From: Limisphaerales bacterium
GTDB taxonomy: Bacteria > Verrucomicrobiota > Verrucomicrobiia > Limisphaerales > JBGAJN01
Assembly: GCA_044224905.1 (NCBI GenBank)
Contig: JBGAJN010000001.1
Coordinates: 129,110-193,109 of the forward strand
DNA length: 64,000 bases
Direction: 5' to 3'
Shown here piece by piece: positions 1 through 7,864 of this stretch. The notes beneath the pieces are model-generated. The model worked only from the letters and a program-made list of their open reading frames with translations, did not search any database and had not been told where the DNA came from. The translations under genes and the position numbers were made by a program. Position 1 is the stretch's first letter; every line of letters begins with the position of its first letter.

Positions 1-372
1 GTGGCATAAGAGCCGGACCAACTTAAAAAGCAGGAGCCCATTTGCGCAGTGGATCGCGATGTTCACCGCCCGAAAGCCTGCCGTCGTGAATCCGCCGATC
101 GCGTAGTTGAGATAGAAGGTGAGGTAGGTGAACGGCCGCAGAATGAAATTCGTCGAGAGGTCGGGATCAAAACCGAGCGCGGCGGACTTTCGGGCGAACT
201 CAACAAAATGTGCCGGGTAAGCGAAACTGTTGAAGTCGCGGAAAAGCGGATTGTCGATCACGTAGATGTGATCGTCGAAGGCGAACGGAAAATGCAGCGT
301 GAACCCGTAGAGCGAAAGGCAAGTTGAAACGATCAACGCGTATGCGAAATAGTTCCAGCGAGCGGAGTTCAT
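1..372 (-). CDS. TMTC-like GT-C membrane glycosyltransferase, N-terminal part (runs off window start); paralog of 406..2250
   Basis: Not in the ORF track. Manual translation from ATG 372 gives MNSARWNYFAYALIVSTCLSLYGFTLHFPFAFDDHIYVIDNPLFRDF...DPDLSTNFILRPFTYLTFYLNY...VNIAIHCAN, which closely matches the N-terminus of the next gene. Confidence 0.85.
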   Translation of the reverse strand, partial: MNSARWNYFAYALIVSTCLSLYGFTLHFPFAFDDHIYVIDNPLFRDFNSFAYPAHFVEFARKSAALGFDPDLSTNFILRPFTYLTFYLNYAIGGFTTAGFRAVNIAIHCANGLLLFKLVRLLCH

Positions 373-405
373 GAAGGGCGGCTCTGGTTAAGCGGCGTGC
401 GGTCG

Positions 406-2250
406 CTAGGGCGTGCCGTCAGCGCGTCGTGCGGTGGCGCCTTCGAGTTGAGTTACAATTTGTTTCGTCGATGGGTCCAAGGGTTCGATTGCCGCCGCCG
501 CGCGGTAATGGCGAAGCGCCAATTCCGGCTCTTTTACCAACCTGTAAAGTTCGCCCAAGGCGAGGTGCCCCATGCGATAGCCGGGTTGGGCGGTTACGGA
601 GGCGCGAAGAGCGGTGATGCTGTTTTGGAGATCGCCCAGTTGAAAGTAAGCTGCGGCTAACTCGTGATAGAGTTTGTAATCAAAGGGCGCGGGTGTGTAT
701 TTGAGCCCGACCAGCCCGATGGCCACCGCCTCCTTGTGTCGGCCAAGATCATTTTCAATCTTTGCGAGATTGCGGTAGGCGATCACGTGATTGGGTTGGA
801 GCGTGATCACCCGGCGAAAACTGTTGGCGGCTTCCGGCAGATTGCCCGATTCGGCGCAGGCCCCGCCTAAATTGATCCAGGGGCGCGGCTTGTTCGGGCT
901 GTTCGCGGCCGTATTCCCCCATAGACTCAGTTCAGATCGCCAAACATTGTTTCGTACGATGGTGGCAGCGCCCAGAAATAGAGCCCAGACGGCAACACCC
1001 CAGATGGCCATGTTGCGCAGCTGTGAGCGAACGGGGAAACGCTCTCGAAGTAAATCGGCGACACATCCCAGGGCAATAAAGATTCCGACGGACGGGAGAT
1101 AAGATCGATGTTCCGCCATCAGATCAGGCAACGGCACCACGCTCGAATCGATGGACAGCGTCAGAAAAAACCAGATGACGCCGCAAAGAATGAGTGACCA
1201 CCTCGCGTCGCTGAGACGCTGCCGACACCAGAAGATTGTACCGGCGATAATGGTCGCAATCGTCAACCCTGAAACAAGGACGCGCCATTGCAGGATGGAC
1301 GTGGACACGGGAAAGTCGGGATCCACGTTGAGGCCGATCGGCACGAAGATCAGTCGCAAGTAGGTTAGAATCACCTGCGGTTGCGTCAGGGCGTAGTGGT
1401 ATTGATATTCTTTGGGGGCGAACGGATCAGCCACACGAAGCGCGGAGCCGAAGTCGACGTTGCCGTCCCTTTGTGCCCACGCCGTTAGTACGATCAGTAT
1501 TGGGATCAATGGCAGGCAGACAAAGTGTGGCCAGGCACGCTTCGTTGCACTTTTCAACGACGTTCCCACAACCAGCCAATCCAGACTCACCAGCATGAAG
1601 GGGGCGGTAAAAACAAATTCCTTCGAGAGCATTCCGAGTATCAGCGCAATGACCGAACTCCAGCGCCAAATCCTCGCCGCGGTTTTGTTGGCCGTCGAAG
1701 TGGAAGCGAAGTGGGCGAAGATCACCGCCAGATACCAGAGCGTGGCGAACGAGGTAAAACGCTGGATGACGTAAGTAACAGATTCAATTTGCAGCGGATG
1801 AACCAGGAAGAGTATCGCCGCCGATGCGGAAATGAAATGGATCGACGCGGCGGGCAGCACCACCTGCCGTCGCGAGTTCCGGAGCAGGTGCGACACGACG
1901 TGGAAGAGGAGAATCGCATTGGCGCAGTGGATTGCGATGTTGACTATCCGAAACCCGGCTGGGCGCAATCCTCCCAAGACGAAGTTGAGGTAAAAGGTTA
2001 AATAGGTGACCGGGCGTAAAATGAGATTTGTGGAAAGATCGGGATCCAATCCCATGGACTTCGCCTTGTTTGCGAACTCTACAAAGTGACCAGGAAACGT
2101 GAAGCTGCGGAAATCGCGGAACAGGGGATTGTCGACGAGGTAGATGTGGTCGTCGAAGACAAACGGGAATTGCAGGGTGAATCCGTAAAGCAACCCACCG
2201 ACCACAATGATGATTGCCCACGCGAGTAACTGAATTCGTTGCGCACTCAT
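406..2250 (-). CDS. TMTC-like (GT-C fold) protein O-glycosyltransferase with C-terminal TPR repeats
   Basis: DD motif after TM1 (FVFDD), RP..YLTF, HPLQIESV, SKE, EHRSYLP and RNNVW motifs; about 11 hydrophobic segments; TPR-like helices at the C-terminus. Confidence 0.8.
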   Translation of the reverse strand: MSAQRIQLLAWAIIIVVGGLLYGFTLQFPFVFDDHIYLVDNPLFRDFRSFTFPGHFVEFANKAKSMGLDPDLSTNLILRPVTYLTFYLNFVLGGLRPAGFRIVNIAIHCANAILLFHVVSHLLRNSRRQVVLPAASIHFISASAAILFLVHPLQIESVTYVIQRFTSFATLWYLAVIFAHFASTSTANKTAARIWRWSSVIALILGMLSKEFVFTAPFMLVSLDWLVVGTSLKSATKRAWPHFVCLPLIPILIVLTAWAQRDGNVDFGSALRVADPFAPKEYQYHYALTQPQVILTYLRLIFVPIGLNVDPDFPVSTSILQWRVLVSGLTIATIIAGTIFWCRQRLSDARWSLILCGVIWFFLTLSIDSSVVPLPDLMAEHRSYLPSVGIFIALGCVADLLRERFPVRSQLRNMAIWGVAVWALFLGAATIVRNNVWRSELSLWGNTAANSPNKPRPWINLGGACAESGNLPEAANSFRRVITLQPNHVIAYRNLAKIENDLGRHKEAVAIGLVGLKYTPAPFDYKLYHELAAAYFQLGDLQNSITALRASVTAQPGYRMGHLALGELYRLVKEPELALRHYRAAAAIEPLDPSTKQIVTQLEGATARRADGTP

Positions 2251-2295
2251 CGGAGCGATTGGAATCCGTTCGGATTGTTCGACGATGGGGCGTTG

Positions 2296-3834
2296 TCAGC
2301 CACGGTTTCGGCGGCGCATGATATTGCGCACAATGAATTGCGGCGCCCGCGTCAGATGCATGTAAATGCGGCCAGCGTACTCAGCAATCAGAGCGAGGAA
2401 AAGAGCTTGGAGTCCGCGGGTGAACCAAATGCTGGCATTGAGCCAGTCCATTGAATCGGGATCTTCGATCGCCGGGCTGATGTAGGCGGTTAGCACGTAC
2501 AGTCCGTAACCAAACCCAATGGTCGTGGTGACCAAGCCGTACAAACCGAGGAGTCGCACCGGATAAAGGGAAAACGCGATGACCATGTTTCCCCACAGCG
2601 CGATTAGCTTTCCGAGTGTGTAGCTTGATTTACCCTCTTTGCGCGGCTCGTGCTGCACTTGCACCACGCCCACTCTTCGGGTGGTGCGTAGGATGATGGC
2701 GTCGAGGTAAGGATCGGGACCGGTGTAATGCACCACTTCTCGCACCAGGAATCGCGACATGACCTTGAAGCTGGATAAATAGAGGTCCCGCGGTTTTCCC
2801 AAGGCGTAGGTGGCCATCCAATTGTGCAGCCGGCTGCCCGCATTCCGGAACGCCGAGTGATGTTTCGTGTCGTAGCGAACGTAAACTACGTCGTGTCCCT
2901 TCTGGATCTCCTCAATCAACCCTTTCACTTCGCCGGGAGGGTTCTGCAGATCGTCGTCCATGATCACGCAGTAGTCACCTTCAGCACAGTTCAAGCCAGC
3001 CATCACCGCGTTATGCTCGCCGAAGTTTTTGGCGAGCATCACGAAATCAACCACGTCCGGGTGCCTCTGATGCAAACGTTGGCAGACGGTTGCCGACCGG
3101 TCGCTGCTGCCGTCATCGACGAGGACAATTTGCAACCGGTATCCTGCGCTGAGCTCCTGAATCAGCTGATTCACCAGATGTTTGATCGTGCCCTCGGCGT
3201 TGTAGACGGGAATAACGATCGAAACTGCCAAGTCAGCGGCGGAGTCGGCAGTTGTCGGCTGGGTAATTGAGGTACCTGTGGTAACGACCTCGCTTGCAGC
3301 ACGCAGGTTCGCAGAGATGGGGTAAGGTGACGTTTCGCTGACGGGTTGGCCGGTTTGCGTGGCCACCGCGTGCGCCGCCCGGGCCGAGAGATAAGGTTTC
3401 CCGGCGGCGACGGAACGAATCGCATCGACGATCTTGTCGGTTGCCTCCTGTTTCATCACGTAGCCGGTGGCTCCGGCCCGCCACGCCCGCTCTGCATAGA
3501 ATACCTCATCGTGAATCGAGAGGACCAGGACCGGCATCTGTGGATGATCCAAACGAAGGGTTTCCACCAACTCGCTGGCCTCATGATGGCCCAAGCTCCA
3601 ATCGACGACGGCGATGTCAGGATTAAGCTGGCGCACGGCTTCGATCGCGGTCCGTTCGCTATCGGCTTCTCCGCAGGTGATGAGGTCGGATTCACCGTTG
3701 ATCAAGGTTGCCAGCCCCGCGCGCACGACGGCGTGATCGTCGACCAGCAGGACTCGCCGACGGGGAAGACCGCTGGCTGGCGACGGGATGGTGCCGGTGC
3801 GTCCGTCGGCTGACCCGCGCAGGATTCTATGCAT
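2296..3834 (-). CDS. Fusion of a NarL-type receiver domain with a GT2 polyprenol-phosphate glycosyltransferase (GtrB/ArnC/DPM1-like)
   Basis: N-terminal LLVDDH, VVDWSL, VLSIH, YVMK; C-terminal SIVIPVYN, VDDGSSD, NFGEHNA, MDDDLQNPP and two C-terminal TM helices. ATG 3834 overlaps the upstream stop (ATGCATAG). Confidence 0.88.
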   Translation of the reverse strand: MHRILRGSADGRTGTIPSPASGLPRRRVLLVDDHAVVRAGLATLINGESDLITCGEADSERTAIEAVRQLNPDIAVVDWSLGHHEASELVETLRLDHPQMPVLVLSIHDEVFYAERAWRAGATGYVMKQEATDKIVDAIRSVAAGKPYLSARAAHAVATQTGQPVSETSPYPISANLRAASEVVTTGTSITQPTTADSAADLAVSIVIPVYNAEGTIKHLVNQLIQELSAGYRLQIVLVDDGSSDRSATVCQRLHQRHPDVVDFVMLAKNFGEHNAVMAGLNCAEGDYCVIMDDDLQNPPGEVKGLIEEIQKGHDVVYVRYDTKHHSAFRNAGSRLHNWMATYALGKPRDLYLSSFKVMSRFLVREVVHYTGPDPYLDAIILRTTRRVGVVQVQHEPRKEGKSSYTLGKLIALWGNMVIAFSLYPVRLLGLYGLVTTTIGFGYGLYVLTAYISPAIEDPDSMDWLNASIWFTRGLQALFLALIAEYAGRIYMHLTRAPQFIVRNIMRRRNRG

Positions 3835-4057
3835 TGTTCCGTTTCTCGCGCGTGAGAGTTTCAAGCGCGACCGCGATGCGTTCCGTGTGAGTTACATATT
3901 TCGCGAGGCGCTCTTCGATTCGTTGCGAGTTTTCCGCTGCGATCTGGCGCATCTCCCTCAACCCTTCGCGGGTTGCCAAGCGACAGAGTATTGCCCCGAC
4001 CGTGACGCCCACGGTGAATGAGATTCCGACTGCGAATGCGTGTAGGTATTCCATCAT
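3827..4057 (-). CDS. Small protein with one TM helix and a coiled-coil-like tail (76 aa)
   Basis: MMEYLHAFAVGISFTVGVTVGAILC then a charged helical tail; its stop overlaps the REC-GT2 start by 8 nt. Confidence 0.65.
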   Translation of the reverse strand: MMEYLHAFAVGISFTVGVTVGAILCRLATREGLREMRQIAAENSQRIEERLAKYVTHTERIAVALETLTREKRNNA

Positions 4058-4207
4058 GATTGAATTGCGTTCCGCCCAACCCCGCCCCGTGGAGCCTGAT
4101 TCGCCATTGCGCGCCACGGCGGGATGGCGCGCATACGCTGGTTCCGTATGACTGGAGAGTAGAATGTCCCCGGTGAAAATGTAATCGGTGGGAGCCCGCT
4201 GGAGGAC

Positions 4208-4246
4208 TGCAGGATAACCCTTAGGGAGTATCAGGAATTTCCCTGA
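4208..4246. promoter_or_regulatory. Putative NarL/LuxR-type response regulator binding sites
   Basis: Inverted repeat TCAGG-N6-CCTGA at 4231-4246 plus a degenerate copy about 23 bp away (4208-4223), upstream of the small ORF/REC-GT2 operon. Confidence 0.5.
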
Positions 4247-4268
4247 GACGGGTCTGCGGAGGAACGGG

Positions 4269-4943
4269 TCAAACCTCGCCGGTTTGCTGTGCCCACTGAA
4301 TGGCGCGTTGCAGCAATTCTCCGCTCGAGTTGAGGTTCAGCTTGACCTTGATGTTGGCGCGGTGGGTTTCGACGGTTTTGACGCTGATGTGCAGGCGGTT
4401 CGCAACCTGTTGAGAGCCGTAACCTTTGCCGATCAGTAGCAGCACCTGAAGTTCGCGATCGGTCAATTGATTGAAAGTCGATTGTCCGGTGGTCTCCCCG
4501 CGACCGGTGACTCGGTTGAGAATGTTTGCTGTAATCTTGTTGCTGACGAAAACGCCTCCGCCCAACACGTGCCGGATCGCTTCCAGAACCTTCTCCGAAG
4601 CTTCGCGTTTCATGATGTAGCCGCGGGCTCCCGCGCGCAACGCACGTTCGGCGTAGAGCGACTCATCGTGCATCGACAGGACGAGCGTGAACACTTGTGG
4701 AAAGCGCGCCTTGAAATCCTTCAGCAGTTCCAAGCCGCGTTCTTCCTTGAGGGACAAATCAATGATCGCGAGGTCGGGATTGGCTTTCTCCGCCAGTTCC
4801 AGCGCAGCGGCGCGATCTTCCGCTTCACCGCAAATCATCAGGTCTTGTTGCTGATTGACGAGTTGGCCAATGCCTTGCCGCAGGAGGGGATGGTCGTCCA
4901 CCAGCAGGATTCGCTTTTTCGATTTGGTTTTGAAATCAGGCAT
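4269..4943 (-). CDS. NarL/FixJ-family response regulator (REC + LuxR HTH)
   Basis: LLVDDH, IIDLSL, LTDRELQVL...ISVKTVETHRANIKVKL. Confidence 0.95.
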   Translation of the reverse strand: MPDFKTKSKKRILLVDDHPLLRQGIGQLVNQQQDLMICGEAEDRAAALELAEKANPDLAIIDLSLKEERGLELLKDFKARFPQVFTLVLSMHDESLYAERALRAGARGYIMKREASEKVLEAIRHVLGGGVFVSNKITANILNRVTGRGETTGQSTFNQLTDRELQVLLLIGKGYGSQQVANRLHISVKTVETHRANIKVKLNLNSSGELLQRAIQWAQQTGEV

Positions 4944-4955
4944 CGGGTTGGCGCT

Positions 4956-6218
4956 TTAATTAAGTGAACTTCGCGGCAACGTGCAAGCGACGACTGTCCC
5001 GCAAGTATCGCCGCGGCGTACGTCCAAGGTGGCCCCGATCGTATGGGCGCGGTAATTCATTATTTCCAGGCCCAGTCCCTTGGAATGCTGGTGTTCAGGA
5101 ATCCCTTGGCCATCGTCGGTTACCGTCATTTGGATCGCGTGATCGTCCAACCGGAGTTCGATCAGGATTGAACTGGGCTTGCCGTGGCGCAGCGCGTTTT
5201 GAACAGCTTCCTGGGCGATGCGGTAGAGGTTGGTCGATGCCGCCTGATCAGGAATCGGAACGAGCTCTGGCGAATGCAGCCAGCATTTCACCTTGGTGGT
5301 CGTGTGGACGGTCTCCGCCAATTCTTTGAGCGCCAGCATCAAACCGGTCGGCTCGTCTGGAACCGGGTGGAGTCCGCGGGTTACCCGGCGGGTCTGTTCG
5401 ATGCTCTCATTGATCAAGCGAGTGATCTGTCCGGCGTCCGTTGCTTCTTGGTCGGTGAGTTTTTGCTGCAGGCTCCGGCTTAGAAGCGAAATCCCGGTGA
5501 GTTGCTGACACACGCCGTCGTGGAGATCCTGTCCAATGCGTCGCTGTTCGCGCTCGCTGATTTCGAGAACTTCCTTTTCGAGACGTTCGCGGTGAGCGAC
5601 GTCGGCCGTGAGAATGATCACGCTTGCCGCCGCCACCAGCGCGGCCAGCAGACTGCCCACAATCACGACGGCGATGGTTCGGCGCGCCACGGATTTCGCA
5701 TAATCATCGCGCTCCGCGAGCAACTCACGTTCGCGGGATTCAATCTCGTCGGTTACGCGACGTAGTTCGTCCATCATCTGCTTGCCCGGACCCGAGATTT
5801 TTGGAACGGCATCAAATCCTTGGAGCTTGCGCGTCTCGATCGTGTGGCCGAGCCGTTGCAGGCGGTTTGTTATCAACTGGCCGAGTTGATCGAGGAGTTT
5901 TTCAATCGCTGGATCTGTCACCAGGTCCCGAAGCATTCTCATGTCCTTGTCCGAATCGGTGACGACGGTGTCGTAAAGTTTCAGAAACGTCTCGTCTCCA
6001 GTGATGATGTAACCCCGGGCTTCGCTCTCGGCGCTCACGGCGTCGCCCAGAACCTCCTGCAGTTTGGTGATGGCTTGGTGGGTTCGAGCCACAATCGCGG
6101 CCGACTCCGCAAATTCCCGAGTGCTTTGAAACGCTACGAAGCCGATCGCGACAAGGGCCAGCAATGCCAGCGTGAATCCGATGGCAACTTTCTGGCTCAG
6201 GTGAGTTTCGATTTTCAT
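4956..6218 (-). CDS. Sensor histidine kinase (TM-CHASE3-TM-HisKA_3-HATPase)
   Basis: CHASE3-like AESEARGYIITGDETFL; H-box EQRRIGQDLHDG; RIAQEAVQNALRH, DDGQG, GLGL. Start chosen at ATG 6218. Confidence 0.92.
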   Translation of the reverse strand: MKIETHLSQKVAIGFTLALLALVAIGFVAFQSTREFAESAAIVARTHQAITKLQEVLGDAVSAESEARGYIITGDETFLKLYDTVVTDSDKDMRMLRDLVTDPAIEKLLDQLGQLITNRLQRLGHTIETRKLQGFDAVPKISGPGKQMMDELRRVTDEIESRERELLAERDDYAKSVARRTIAVVIVGSLLAALVAAASVIILTADVAHRERLEKEVLEISEREQRRIGQDLHDGVCQQLTGISLLSRSLQQKLTDQEATDAGQITRLINESIEQTRRVTRGLHPVPDEPTGLMLALKELAETVHTTTKVKCWLHSPELVPIPDQAASTNLYRIAQEAVQNALRHGKPSSILIELRLDDHAIQMTVTDDGQGIPEHQHSKGLGLEIMNYRAHTIGATLDVRRGDTCGTVVACTLPRSSLN

Positions 6219-6350
6219 GGTTTTGCGAACGCGGATTTGACGTTCCGTGGACGGGCTTTTGGCAAACACGCTTGTCAATCGGGATCAACAAGGCGCTGCT
6301 TCGCTCCTCCAGCCCTGGAGCTCAAGCCCGGATCTCGGGAGCGTAATCGG

Positions 6351-7643
6351 CTAACTCAGCGCTTTCGCTCCGATGTCGCGTCGGCAATGTGCGCCATCGA
6401 AATGGATCTTCTCGACCGCAGCATAAGCTGCAACCCGCGCTTCTGCTAGCGTGGACCGCCAGGCTGTCACACCTAGAACCCGTCCACCGTTCGTCACGAT
6501 CTGTCCGTCCTTCTTCGCCGTGCCGGCGTGGAAAACTTTCGTGTGCGGCAGCGCGTTCGCGGCATCGAGTCCCGCGATGGCTTTGCCCTTCGGATAATTT
6601 CCCGGATAGCCGCCGCTCGCCATCACCACGCAAACGCTCGCGCTGGGGCTCCACTTGAGTTCGATGTTCGCGAGCCGGCCTTCGACGCTCGCGAGCAACA
6701 GTTCAACAAGATCATTCTCCAGCCGCGTGAGATAGACCTGCGTCTCGGGATCGCCAAAGCGCGCGTTGAACTCGAGAATCTTCGGGCCATTCTTCGTGAG
6801 CATCACTCCGGGATACAAGATGCCGCGGTAGTCGATCCCCTCCGCCACGCAGCCGCGCATGAACGGTTCGAGAACTTTCCTCGCCGTCTCGGCGAGTTGC
6901 GCGTCATTCAGAAACGGCGTCGGTGAATACGTGCCCATGCCACCCGTGTTCAGGCCGAGATCGCCATCGAGAGCACGCTTGTGGTCTTGCGACGTTGGAA
7001 AAATCTTCGCCGTCTGGCCGTCGCACAAGGCGTGCAGGGAAACTTCGATGCCTTCGAGAAACTCCTGAATCACCACCCGCGAACCTGCCGCGCCGAAGGC
7101 TTTACTGACCATGATTTCGTCCACGGCTCGATCGGCTTCCGCTTGGTTCGAGCAAATCAAAACGCCTTTGCCGAGCGCGAGACCATCCGCCTTCACCACG
7201 CATTTGCCGCCGAGCGTTGCGCAAAAGGCCTTGGCAGGCCCGGCCTCCGAAAAAGTTCCGGCGGCGGCGGTGGGAATGCCGTATTTCTCCATGAACTTTT
7301 GGGAGAACACTTTTGAGGATTCAAACTGCGCCGCCTTTTGGTTCACGCCCCAAATGCGCAGCCCGTTCTTCTGAAACAAATCCACGATGCCGAGCGCGAG
7401 CGGGTTGTCCGGGCCGACCACCGTGAGATCGACTTTCTGCTCCTGCGCAAACGCGAGCAGCTTCGGCAACTCCTCCGCGCCGATCGCGACGCATTCGACC
7501 AGCGAACCATTCTTCGCGAGCCGTTCTTCGCCGATGCCCGCGTTGCCCGGCGCGCACCACATCCGCGTGGCAAGCGGCGACTGCGCGAGTTTCCACACCA
7601 GCGCATGCTCGCGTCCGCCCGATCCGATGACCAAAAGTTTCAT
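6351..7643 (-). CDS. purD: Phosphoribosylamine-glycine ligase
   Basis: MKLLVIGSGGREHAL, KADGLALGKGV, QDHKR, NTGGMG, EFNARFGDPETQ. Confidence 0.98.
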   Translation of the reverse strand: MKLLVIGSGGREHALVWKLAQSPLATRMWCAPGNAGIGEERLAKNGSLVECVAIGAEELPKLLAFAQEQKVDLTVVGPDNPLALGIVDLFQKNGLRIWGVNQKAAQFESSKVFSQKFMEKYGIPTAAAGTFSEAGPAKAFCATLGGKCVVKADGLALGKGVLICSNQAEADRAVDEIMVSKAFGAAGSRVVIQEFLEGIEVSLHALCDGQTAKIFPTSQDHKRALDGDLGLNTGGMGTYSPTPFLNDAQLAETARKVLEPFMRGCVAEGIDYRGILYPGVMLTKNGPKILEFNARFGDPETQVYLTRLENDLVELLLASVEGRLANIELKWSPSASVCVVMASGGYPGNYPKGKAIAGLDAANALPHTKVFHAGTAKKDGQIVTNGGRVLGVTAWRSTLAEARVAAYAAVEKIHFDGAHCRRDIGAKALS

Positions 7644-7864
7644 TCGCGCACCAATCAATCAGGAACGCGGCGCCCGAGGAAAGGTTTTATTCCGAACGGC
7701 CTCGCACCTTCGAATTCTTCGTCCTACGCAAACTCTTCAGTCTCCAATTGCCGCGCGGCCTCCAAAAAACGGCCAGCCTTGGCCAATGATCGCGAAGCCG
7801 TGCGTCGCGCGGCTCCTATCTTGGGTTGTGGTCCTCAACGTGAGGGCCGGCAACTCGACTCGTT

